A stretch of DNA of 64,000 nucleotides. Origin: an uncultured Caldisericota bacterium (GTDB lineage Bacteria; Caldisericota; Caldisericia; B22-G15). Positions 51,103-59,649 of the stretch are shown piece after piece (position 1 is the first letter of the stretch; each line of letters opens with the position of its first letter). The notes under the pieces were generated by a model. It saw only the letters and a list, made by a program, of their open reading frames with translations. It ran no database searches and had not been told where the DNA came from. The position numbers and the translations under genes were made by a program. Location: contig CAZXJJ010000003.1 of NCBI GenBank assembly GCA_964640995.1, forward strand, positions 198,829 through 262,828. Reading direction: 5' to 3'.

Positions 51103-52175
51103 TTGAATTTAAAAATGTTTCAAAAAGGTATAAAGAGAGTTTTGTTGTTAAAAACTTAAGTTTTGAATTTAATATTGGTGAAATTTCTATAATCATTGGA
51201 CCATCTGGTTGTGGAAAAACAACAACACTTAAAATGATAAACAAGTTGATTGAGCCAACTCAGGGAGAAATTTTTATAAATAAAAAATCTATTTTTGATT
51301 TTGATGAAATCTCTTTGAGAAGAAGTATAGGTTATGTAATTCAAGAGGTTGGTCTTTTTCCACACTATACAATCTTTCAAAACATTTCTCTTATTCCAAA
51401 TCTTTTAGGTTGGAATAAGAAAAAAATTGAAAAAAGAGTGTATGAGATGATGGAACTAATAAATCTTCCTCTTGATTATCTTAATAAATATCCTAAGGAA
51501 CTTTCTGGTGGTGAAAAACAAAGGGTTGGTGTTGCAAGGGCACTTGCTGGAGACCCAGATATTCTTCTTATGGATGAGCCATTTGGAGCAATTGACCCGA
51601 TAAATAGAAAAGCACTTCAAGATTTTTTCATTGAAATTCAAAAAACTTTAAAGAAAACAGTCGTTTTTGTAACACATGATATTATTGAAGCAATTAAACT
51701 TGGGGATAAAATCCTTGTTATGAAAGAGGGTTCGATGGTTCAATTTGATAAGCCAGAAAATATATTGAAAAATCCTAAAAACTCTTTTGTTGAAGAACTT
51801 TTAGGTGGAAACAGAAAACTTCTTGTTATGTCTTTGAAAAAAGTTTCAAATTTTTTGAAAAAAGATTTTAAAATTATTGAAAAAAGTGAATTAGAAAAAA
51901 TAGAGAATTTTAATGAAAGTGTATTCTTAATAAAAGATCAAGATAAAGTGATAAATTATGTTTTAAAAGATGAGTTTTTAAAGGGAAGAAAATGCATTAG
52001 AAATATCATTTTAATTAATGAAAATGAAAATTTACTTGAAACAATAATTCTCCTATTGAATAAGGGAGAAAAAATTGCAATTGTAAAATGTATGGAGAGG
52101 GGTTTTATGGGTTATGTTAGATTAGATGATATGATTAAAATTTTTGAGAAAGAGGATGAATTATCTAATAAGTAA
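51099..52175 (+). CDS. opuCA: osmoprotectant ABC transporter ATP-binding protein with C-terminal CBS pair
   Basis: 358 aa; Walker A GPSGCGKTT, LSGGEKQR signature, C-terminal CBS-like region. Confidence 0.8.
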   Translation: MIEFKNVSKRYKESFVVKNLSFEFNIGEISIIIGPSGCGKTTTLKMINKLIEPTQGEIFINKKSIFDFDEISLRRSIGYVIQEVGLFPHYTIFQNISLIPNLLGWNKKKIEKRVYEMMELINLPLDYLNKYPKELSGGEKQRVGVARALAGDPDILLMDEPFGAIDPINRKALQDFFIEIQKTLKKTVVFVTHDIIEAIKLGDKILVMKEGSMVQFDKPENILKNPKNSFVEELLGGNRKLLVMSLKKVSNFLKKDFKIIEKSELEKIENFNESVFLIKDQDKVINYVLKDEFLKGRKCIRNIILINENENLLETIILLLNKGEKIAIVKCMERGFMGYVRLDDMIKIFEKEDELSNK

Positions 52176-52776
52176 CTTTTATGATATTTTAAATTTAACA
52201 AAAAATCACCTTTTAGTGACATTTTTATCAACTATACCTGCAATTTTTTTTGGTGTTATTATAGGAATTATATTTTCAAGAGAAAAGGTGCTTAAAATTG
52301 GGGAGATTATTTTAAACTTTTTTGGAACTCTTCAATCAATTCCAAGTGTTGCTTTTATCGCACTTCTTTTTACATACACTGGAATCGGATTAAAAACAGC
52401 AGTATTAGCACTTTTTCTTTATTCAATTGTACCAATAACTTATAACACTTTATCCTCAATTAAAATTATCCCTAAAGAAGTAATTGAGGCAGGAAGAGGA
52501 ATGGGGCTCACAAATTTTGAGATTTTAAGAAAAATAGAAATTCCAATAGCACTTAAAGGAATTTTATCAGGAATTAAAACATCAATTACAATAAATATTG
52601 CAACAGCAACTGTTGCAACAGTAATTGGTGTTGATACCTTAGGAAAAATAATATTAATTGGTTTAAGAGTTAGAAGGTTTGACATGCTTTGGATTGGAGG
52701 AATAATAATTGCACTTCTCGCTATTTTATTCGATTACATTTTAGAGAAATTAGAGAAAAAAATTATTAGGTGGTAA
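52144..52776 (+). CDS. opuCD: osmoprotectant ABC transporter permease
   Basis: 210 aa polytopic, paralogous to 50461..51102. Confidence 0.75.
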   Translation: MRKRMNYLISNFYDILNLTKNHLLVTFLSTIPAIFFGVIIGIIFSREKVLKIGEIILNFFGTLQSIPSVAFIALLFTYTGIGLKTAVLALFLYSIVPITYNTLSSIKIIPKEVIEAGRGMGLTNFEILRKIEIPIALKGILSGIKTSITINIATATVATVIGVDTLGKIILIGLRVRRFDMLWIGGIIIALLAILFDYILEKLEKKIIRW

Positions 52777-52832
52777 GAAAATTTTTGAAAAAATTTTTCA
52801 ATTATGATATTATTTTAAATTAAGGAGGATTT

Positions 52833-53741
52833 ATGAAAAAAGTTTTAACAATTTTATTATTAATTTTTATAATAAGTTTTTCTTTTTATGGTTGCACTAA
52901 GAAAACAGAGATTAAAGAGATAACTCTTGGGGCAAAAGCATTTACAGAGGGATACATTCTAGGATATCTTGCATCTACTCTTCTTCAAGAAAATGGTTTT
53001 AAGGTAAAAGAAAATTTTGGAATGCAAACTTTTGTTATTAGAGAAGCACTTTTAAACAAACAGATCGATGGATATTTTGAATATACTGGAACTGCTTGGT
53101 CTGCATTTTTTAAAAAAGATTATTTAATTAGAGACCCAATTGAACTTTTTAATGAAGTTAAAAAATATGATGAGAAAAATGGTATAGTTTGGATAAATAG
53201 AATTGATTTTAATGATACTTATGCGCTTGCCATAAGAGAAGAGGATAAAGAAAAATTTGGAAAAACCCTATCTTCTCTTGCAGAGTATGTTAATAAAAAT
53301 CCTGGAAAGGTTAAATTTGCGATAGATCATGAGTTTTATGAAAGACCAGATGGTTTTGATGCTCTATCAAAGTTTTATGAAATGAAATACTCAAAAAGTG
53401 ATATAGTAACAATGGATATAGGGCTAACTTACCCTGCAATTGTTGATAAAACAAAAGGTATTGATGTTGCAATGGTTTTTTCAACAGATGGTCAACTTAA
53501 AAAATATAATCTTTTTGTTTTGGAAGATGACAAAAATTTCTTTCCAATATATAACCCTGCATTTTCTATAAGAAAAGAAGTTTTTGAAAAATATCCTGAA
53601 ATAGAAAAAATTTTGGAACCTTTAACAAAAGTTTTAAAAACAGAGGATATAACAGACTTAAATTATCAGGTTGATGTTTTGGGAAAGGATGAAAGAGAAG
53701 TTGCAAAAGAGTATCTTAAATTAAAAGGTCTGATCAAATAG
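52833..53741 (+). CDS. opuCC: osmoprotectant ABC substrate-binding lipoprotein
   Basis: 302 aa; lipobox FYGC; OpuAC/OpuCC-type binding fold. Confidence 0.75.
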   Translation: MKKVLTILLLIFIISFSFYGCTKKTEIKEITLGAKAFTEGYILGYLASTLLQENGFKVKENFGMQTFVIREALLNKQIDGYFEYTGTAWSAFFKKDYLIRDPIELFNEVKKYDEKNGIVWINRIDFNDTYALAIREEDKEKFGKTLSSLAEYVNKNPGKVKFAIDHEFYERPDGFDALSKFYEMKYSKSDIVTMDIGLTYPAIVDKTKGIDVAMVFSTDGQLKKYNLFVLEDDKNFFPIYNPAFSIRKEVFEKYPEIEKILEPLTKVLKTEDITDLNYQVDVLGKDEREVAKEYLKLKGLIK

Positions 53742-53804
53742 AGTCGATTTTTTTTTAGACTTAATATTAACTTGATAATATAGTGTAAAACAATAAAGTA
53801 AAAT

Positions 53805-54180
53805 TTAAGGTTCAAAATAAAAATTACTAGATAAGACTCTTTTAATAAAAAGATTGTTTTTATTTATCATTTTTTCTATTTCATCTTCAGTATAAATAAA
53901 AAGATCAACAGGTATTGAAACATTTTTATTAAAGAAATCTAAAAATTCTGGAATTCTATCAAAAAATCTTTTATATTGAGATTCTTTTAATATGATTAAA
54001 ATATCAGCATCGCTTCCAATTCCAAATCTTTCATCTATTATGGAACCAAAAATTATAATTTTTGTTATATCATCTCTTATATTCAAAAGTTTCTGAATTG
54101 CTTCTATAAGTTCATTTAAAATTTCTTTTTTATTTTTATAAAAATTTCTTGATAAAAGAGATAATTTTTTCACAAGCATC
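53805..54180 (-). CDS. minimal nucleotidyltransferase (MNT), antitoxin partner of HEPN; real start probably the internal Met at about 54180
   Basis: GS..D.D motif IFGSIIDERFGIGSDADILI; the track ORF extends upstream to 54275 inside the HEPN gene. Confidence 0.65.
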
Positions 54181-54519
54181 AATTGCCCTTTTTGCTTCTT
54201 CTTCTGTATAATAAACTCCAGGATAACCTTCTGAAAAACCATTTGGATATCTTGTTGGTATATAAAACTTATCAAGATATTTTGCTAAATTTATAATTTC
54301 ATCATCTAACTTAACTTCATTTTTAATTTCTTCAAGTAGTTTTGAAATTGAATGACCCCATGGCTCAAAATTAAATTTATAGTATAAAGCTTTAACTGCT
54401 TTTTCTGCACTTTGTTGACATATGAAACATGTCCATTCAAAAAAACCTTTATTTAAAGTTTCTTTCGCAAATTTCAAATCTCTTTCTGATTGATTTAACC
54501 AATCTTCAAATCTATTCAT
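54136..54519 (-). CDS. HEPN-domain protein (toxin-like)
   Basis: 127 aa all-helical; ...AEKAVKALYY... and YIPTRYPN HEPN-type motif; overlaps the MNT gene. Confidence 0.6.
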   Translation of the reverse strand: MNRFEDWLNQSERDLKFAKETLNKGFFEWTCFICQQSAEKAVKALYYKFNFEPWGHSISKLLEEIKNEVKLDDEIINLAKYLDKFYIPTRYPNGFSEGYPGVYYTEEEAKRAIDACEKIISFIKKFL

Positions 54520-54542
54520 TTTTTAACCTTAAAATAAAAAAT

Positions 54543-54617
54543 TGGTAGCGCCACGGGGAATCGAACCCCGATCTGAGGATTGAGAGCCCTCCGAACTGAC
54601 CATTGTTCTATGGCGCC
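54543..54617 (-). tRNA. tRNA-Glu (anticodon CUC)
   Basis: Minus-strand cloverleaf: acceptor GGCGCCA/UGGCGCU, anticodon stem GAGGG/UCCUC with loop CUCUCAA, T-arm CGGGGUUCGAUUCCCCG, CCA encoded. Confidence 0.8.
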
Positions 54618-54646
54618 ACCCAAATTTCAAATAAATTATACATAAA

Positions 54647-55426
54647 TTAAATTTTTCTTGCAACAACTATAAATCCTGTGTGCGCAATCATTCTATCAAC
54701 TGGTCTTGTAGCTAACTCTTCTATTTTCCATCTTCTCTCAAAAATTTCATACATACCTTCAAAAAAGTAATTTCCAAATTTATCAAGTTCTATTTTAAAT
54801 TTTATGATTTGTTGAATTGTGGGGTTATAAGAAATTATTATTCCACCTTTTTTTAAACCTCTATCAACATTTTTTAAAGCATTCCATGGTTCTGGAAGGT
54901 CGAGAAGCACTCTATCAAAATTTTTATCATCTTCATGTAAACCTTCACTGTATATATCTCTTTTTCTTAAAATAAAATTTTTCGGAATTTCACCAAAAAA
55001 TCTTTCTACATTTTCTTTAAGAATATTTAAAAAATCATCTCTAATTTCATAGGTTACAAGTTTTCCAGATTTACCTAAAATTGATAAAATATAAATTGAA
55101 ATTGCTCCACTTCCTCCGCCTGCTTCAAAAATTTTTAAACCTCTGTGAATATCTCCATGAATTAAAATTTGTCCAATATCCTTTGGATAAATTATTTGTG
55201 CTCCTCTTTTCATGTGTAAAATATATGATGATTTTTTAAGAGGAAAAACAAAAATTGAAAAACCTTTTGAGGTAAGAATCTTTATTCCGTATTCTTTTCC
55301 AATAATTTGATTATGTTCAATGAACCCATAATGAAAATGAAACTTTTCGTTTTTTTTGAGTTTCAGGATGATTTTTCTCTCTTTTTTGTCAATTATTTCA
55401 ACTAAATCTCCCTCTTTAAACCTCAA
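54647..55426 (-). CDS. trmI: tRNA (adenine58-N1)-methyltransferase TrmI/GCD14 family
   Basis: 259 aa; small N-terminal beta domain plus Rossmann SAM motif IFEAGGGSGA. Confidence 0.7.
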   Translation of the reverse strand: MRFKEGDLVEIIDKKERKIILKLKKNEKFHFHYGFIEHNQIIGKEYGIKILTSKGFSIFVFPLKKSSYILHMKRGAQIIYPKDIGQILIHGDIHRGLKIFEAGGGSGAISIYILSILGKSGKLVTYEIRDDFLNILKENVERFFGEIPKNFILRKRDIYSEGLHEDDKNFDRVLLDLPEPWNALKNVDRGLKKGGIIISYNPTIQQIIKFKIELDKFGNYFFEGMYEIFERRWKIEELATRPVDRMIAHTGFIVVARKI

Positions 55427-56330
55427 TCTCTTTTCTCCCTGTTAATTTACAGAAATTACAGATATTTTCATTTGTTGTTGGCATTCCACAAACTTTACAC
55501 TCTTTAAGATTTGGTTTTTGAGTTTCAAAAAGATTTTTATTTCTTAAAAAACCAAAATAAAAACTCCTTTTAATTCCCTTATAATTTTTATCTATAAAGT
55601 CAACCACTTCTTTTGTTTTTGTCAAAGTAACTTTTCCTTTTTTATATGGACAGATTATGTTTATATGTGGAATATCTATTGAATCTGCATAAATTTTAAT
55701 CTCTTTATCTTGAAGGCGGTAAAGTGGTTTTACTTTTTTTATCAATTTTTCATGAGTTTTTTCAAGAATTGGGTGATTTCTTGATAGAGTTTCTAAATCC
55801 CAATTTAAAAGTGCTTTAAAAACAACTGCAACCCCATCATCAAGATTATGTCCTGTTGCTATTACATCAAAATTATAATCATATGCAATTTTATTCAATA
55901 GATACCTTTTTATTAAACCACAAATAGAGCAAAATTCTCTGTTTTTATTTCTTGAAAAAATTTCTTTCATATCAATATCAAAATCTTCTTTTAAATCAAA
56001 AACAATTAAAGGTGATTGAATTTTTGAAGCAAAGTCTTTTACTACCTTTAAACTTTCTTCTGAAAAATCTCCATAGTTTAAATTTATGTGAAGAGTAGTT
56101 ATATTAAATTCATACTTTTTAAGTAGATACCACAAGACCATGCTATCTTTTCCACCAGACACAGCAACCAAAACTTTTTCATCTTTTGTTAACATTTTTT
56201 TATTAAGTCCTTCTCCATTTATTGCTCTTAAAAAACTATTTTCAAAATATATCTTAAAACAATCTTCACAGAATCTTAAACTATCAATAAAAATTGTTGC
56301 CTCTTTTTTACACCTTAAACATTTTGCCAT
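55416..56330 (-). CDS. ttuA: TtuA/Ncs6-type tRNA 2-thiolation enzyme (PP-loop ATPase with N- and C-terminal zinc ribbons)
   Basis: 304 aa; N-terminal CxxC...CxxC (CLRCKK...CEDC), PP-loop SGGKDS, central CSICG plus a further Cys, C-terminal CKVCG...CNFC. Confidence 0.65.
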   Translation of the reverse strand: MAKCLRCKKEATIFIDSLRFCEDCFKIYFENSFLRAINGEGLNKKMLTKDEKVLVAVSGGKDSMVLWYLLKKYEFNITTLHINLNYGDFSEESLKVVKDFASKIQSPLIVFDLKEDFDIDMKEIFSRNKNREFCSICGLIKRYLLNKIAYDYNFDVIATGHNLDDGVAVVFKALLNWDLETLSRNHPILEKTHEKLIKKVKPLYRLQDKEIKIYADSIDIPHINIICPYKKGKVTLTKTKEVVDFIDKNYKGIKRSFYFGFLRNKNLFETQKPNLKECKVCGMPTTNENICNFCKLTGRKEIEV

Positions 56331-56357
56331 AGCAAAGAAATTTTATCATATTAAAAT

Positions 56358-57635
56358 CTAACCTGATTTAACTATTGGGATCTCTTCCCACCTTGTTGTA
56401 TAATTTTTTGATCTGTTGAGTTGTCTCATCTGAAATGGTTTTGATATTCCACAAGAAAGTGGTTTTATTGTTTCTCTTCCAAATTTTTTATTTATATTGT
56501 CAATCGCTTTCATTAAAATTTCATCTTTACTTCCTTTGTAAATTGAATCAAAAAAGAAAAATTGACCCTCTTCTTCAGGTATTAAACCTTGTAAAATAAC
56601 ACCTGCTTTTTTATATAAAATTCCACTCTTGTAGATTTTTTTAAGTTCCTGAATTCCGGCTTCAATCATCTCACTTGTATTTGCTGTTGGTCTTGGAAAA
56701 TAGTATGATGATATCTTAAAATATTTTTCTCCCTTTTTAAATGGATTACTCATTAAAAAAACTGAGATGATTGATGAAAGTTGTCTTCCTTTTCTTAATT
56801 TTTCTGATGCAATTGTTATAAAAGATGAGATTGCCTCTTTAAGGTCTTTAAAATCTGTGAGATCTTTTCCAAAAGACCTTGATGTTGAAATTGATTTTTT
56901 AGTTTTCTCTTCAAACTCCATATCAATACATGGAATTCCGTTGAGTTCTAAAAGAACTCTTAAACCAAATGTTTTAAGATGTTTTTTTACCCAATCATAT
57001 GGAAGGTATTTGTAATCATAAGCTGTTTTTATATCATTTTTCTTTAAAAACTCTTCAAATCTTGCACCAATCCCCCAAACATCTCTTATTTCAAATTTTT
57101 TAAGAAACTCATCTATGTCTTTTCTATCGAGAAGATTAAATGTACCAGAACCTCCTTTGTCTTTTTTTGCTAACTTTGTTGCAATTTTTGCAAGAGTTTT
57201 TGTTTCACCTACTCCAATTGAAATTGGTATTCCAGTCCACTTTAAAACTCTATCTCTTATTCTTTTAATATACTCATCAATATTATGGTATTTAAATCTA
57301 TCAAAAGAGATGAATGCTTCATCAATTGAATATATCTCAACATCAGGACACAAGGTTTTTATTGTTTCCATAACTCTTCTTGACATATCTCCGTATAGAG
57401 TGAAATTTGAAGATAGAAGTTCTATATTATATTTTTTAACTAAATCTTCATATTGAAAAATTGGTGCACCCATTGGAATACCCAATTCTTTAACCTCATT
57501 TGACCTTGAAATAACACAACCATCATTGTTTGACAAAACAACAACAGGTTTCCCCTTTAATTTTGGATTAAAAAATCTTTCGCATGATACATAAAAATTA
57601 TCACAATCAACTAGAGCAAAAACTTTCCTCTTCAT
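56358..57635 (-). CDS. Y-family DNA polymerase (UmuC/DinB-like)
   Basis: 425 aa; N-terminal ALVDCDNFYVSCE palm motif. Confidence 0.8.
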   Translation of the reverse strand: MKRKVFALVDCDNFYVSCERFFNPKLKGKPVVVLSNNDGCVISRSNEVKELGIPMGAPIFQYEDLVKKYNIELLSSNFTLYGDMSRRVMETIKTLCPDVEIYSIDEAFISFDRFKYHNIDEYIKRIRDRVLKWTGIPISIGVGETKTLAKIATKLAKKDKGGSGTFNLLDRKDIDEFLKKFEIRDVWGIGARFEEFLKKNDIKTAYDYKYLPYDWVKKHLKTFGLRVLLELNGIPCIDMEFEEKTKKSISTSRSFGKDLTDFKDLKEAISSFITIASEKLRKGRQLSSIISVFLMSNPFKKGEKYFKISSYYFPRPTANTSEMIEAGIQELKKIYKSGILYKKAGVILQGLIPEEEGQFFFFDSIYKGSKDEILMKAIDNINKKFGRETIKPLSCGISKPFQMRQLNRSKNYTTRWEEIPIVKSG

Positions 57636-58043
57636 TTATAAAATTTTATGAATAACATAGGTCACAACACCCCAAATCTCGCACTCCATTCCTTCTTTTA
57701 TCTCAATAGGATCAAAGTCTGAATTTTCAGGAAATAGATATAGTTTTCCATTTTTCTTTCTTATTCTTTTAAGCACAAATTCTCCATCAACATTTGCAAT
57801 AACAATTTTTCCTTCTTTTGGCTCAAGCGCTCTATCAACAATTAATATATCTCCATCTCTTATGTTTGCATTTATCATTGAATTTCCTGAAACTCTAACA
57901 AAAAAGGTTGCTTGAGGATGTTTTATAACAAGGTCATTAAGATCTAGTGTTTTTTCAATAAAATCATCAGCAGGTGATGGAAAACCAGCAGACACTTTGT
58001 TTGAATAAAGTGGAAGTTTTAATTTTTTCTTTTTTCTTCTCAT
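57636..58043 (-). CDS. UmuD/LexA-like S24 peptidase domain protein
   Basis: 135 aa; GNSM catalytic Ser and downstream Lys (VLKRIRKK) of S24 self-cleaving family; immediately upstream of the Y-family polymerase gene. Confidence 0.7.
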   Translation of the reverse strand: MRRKKKKLKLPLYSNKVSAGFPSPADDFIEKTLDLNDLVIKHPQATFFVRVSGNSMINANIRDGDILIVDRALEPKEGKIVIANVDGEFVLKRIRKKNGKLYLFPENSDFDPIEIKEGMECEIWGVVTYVIHKIL

Positions 58044-58119
58044 ATTTTAATTATAATCTTAAAGAGAGTTTTAATTGAAAAATTTAAAAATTTGACATTA
58101 TAAATGGTAGAAGAATTTG

Positions 58120-58300
58120 GTAAAATTATTTTGGTCAGGTGTAGGGAAGAGGGTGAAAATCCCTCGCTGCCCCGCAACTGTGAGTGGGTATTGATCTAAT
58201 CCTTAAGCCACTGGGAAACTGGGAAGGCTTAAAGAAAAGTTACAGCACCCACAAGCCAGGAGACCTGCCTGATCAAATTTTACCTTCCGCCTTCGCGGGA
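58120..58300 (+). ncRNA. cobalamin (adenosylcobalamin) riboswitch
   Basis: Core GGGAAGAGGGTGAAAATCCCTCGCTGCCCCGCAACTGTGAG and B12 box AGCCAGGAGACCTGCC (58254-58269); 3' hairpin CCTTCCGCC-TTCG-CGGGAAGG abutting the AAGGAGG RBS of the downstream gene. Confidence 0.8.
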
Positions 58301-58314
58301 AGGAAAGGAGGAGT

Positions 58315-59649
58315 ATGATGAAAAAATTTTTAAAAATCTCACTTTTATCAATTCTTTTATTTGTTTTATTATTTCCTACATTTTTCCATCCCCAAAAAAA
58401 TATTTTCTCATTTAGTGTAAATTTTTCTTTTAAGATCAATTCAAATCTTTTTCAATTAAATGAAAATACCTTCCAATTCACACAAAACCCAATTGTTAAA
58501 AATGGAAAAACCTTTGTTCCTGTTAGAGATTTCCTTAATGCTCTTGAAATAGAATATAAATGGGTTGATTCAGAAAAAAGCATAAACTTTGAGTATGATG
58601 CAAAGAAAGTTAAAATCTATTTAAAAGAGAATTTTTACACAATCAATGACTCAAAAAGAAATTTTAAATTTAGGCCATTTATTTTTAAAGATTTAACTTA
58701 TGTTTCTGTAAGAGATTTAGGAGAAATTTTCAATTTAAATGTTATTTGGAATGAAAAAGAGAAAAAAGTTACTCTTTCAGGAAATATATATCCCAAAATT
58801 ACAGTTAAAGATGATTTAAACAATGTTGTTACTTTTTATGAAAAACCAAAAAGGATTGTCTCTCTTGCACCATCAAATACAGAAATTTTGTTTTCTTTGG
58901 GATTAAATGATGAAATAGTTGGTGTTACTGAGTTCTGTGATTATCCAACTGAAGCCAAAAAGAAAGAGAAAATTGGTGGTTTTATAAATCCAAATCTAGA
59001 AAAAATTTACTCCCTTAAACCAGATTTAGTTTTAGGAATTAGGGGCAATCCAATTGATCTATTCATGAATCTTAAAAAATTAAAAATAAAATCACTTGCT
59101 TTTGACCCAAAAAATGTTGATGAACTATTTAAATTAATTTTAACAATAGGAAAGGTTGTTGATAAAAGAGATGAAGCAAGAAATCTTGTTGAAGTTCTTT
59201 CTGAAAAAAGAATGAAAATCATCGAAGAAGCGAGAAAGTTCAAAAAGAAAAGAGTTTATGTAGAGATTTGGAATAGTCCTTATATGTCTGTTGGTAAAAA
59301 TACTTATATTAATGATTTAATTGAGGGGGTCGGAGGAATAAATATCGCAAGCAAAGCAACTGGAGATTGGCCAATTCTTTCACAAGAGTTCATAATAAAT
59401 GAAAATCCAGAAGTTATTATAATTGCTTATATGGGGCAAACAATAGATGATGTTCTAAAAAGATCTGGATGGGAAAAAATTGATGCTGTTAAAAATAGAA
59501 GGATTTATATATTTGAAAATCAAGACCTCATCTTTAGATTAGGACCTAGAATAATTGATGGTATGGAGGAACTTTTTAGGTTGATTCATAAAGATGAACT
59601 ATCAAAATTTTCTGAGGAGACGAATGTCTCCTCCCCTCTAATCAGATGA
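58315..59649 (+). CDS. BtuF/FhuD-type (cluster A) cobalamin/siderophore ABC substrate-binding protein with N-terminal copper-amine-oxidase-N-like domain
   Basis: 444 aa; signal peptide without lipobox; residues about 60-160 resemble the C-terminal domains of the 2227-aa protein (NGKTFVPVRDFLNALE..); C-terminal about 280 aa periplasmic binding fold. Confidence 0.7.
   Translation: MMKKFLKISLLSILLFVLLFPTFFHPQKNIFSFSVNFSFKINSNLFQLNENTFQFTQNPIVKNGKTFVPVRDFLNALEIEYKWVDSEKSINFEYDAKKVKIYLKENFYTINDSKRNFKFRPFIFKDLTYVSVRDLGEIFNLNVIWNEKEKKVTLSGNIYPKITVKDDLNNVVTFYEKPKRIVSLAPSNTEILFSLGLNDEIVGVTEFCDYPTEAKKKEKIGGFINPNLEKIYSLKPDLVLGIRGNPIDLFMNLKKLKIKSLAFDPKNVDELFKLILTIGKVVDKRDEARNLVEVLSEKRMKIIEEARKFKKKRVYVEIWNSPYMSVGKNTYINDLIEGVGGINIASKATGDWPILSQEFIINENPEVIIIAYMGQTIDDVLKRSGWEKIDAVKNRRIYIFENQDLIFRLGPRIIDGMEELFRLIHKDELSKFSEETNVSSPLIR

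Noticed and set aside
54136-54275. 140-nt overlap between the HEPN and MNT ORFs
   Set aside because: Artefact of the longest-ORF call; an internal Met at about 54180 with an upstream purine-rich stretch gives a conventional about 45-nt overlap typical of TA pairs
53742-54542. Integrated mobile element bounded by an att repeat at tRNA-Glu(CUC)
   Set aside because: No copy of the tRNA 3' end was found downstream of the HEPN/MNT pair and no integrase is present; only the TA-like pair itself remains
58092-58126. Strong TTGACA -35 box upstream of the riboswitch as its promoter
   Set aside because: No acceptable -10 lies 16-19 nt downstream of that hexamer; an alternative TTGAAA (58075-58080) / TATAAA (58099-58104) pair is plausible but too uncertain to call
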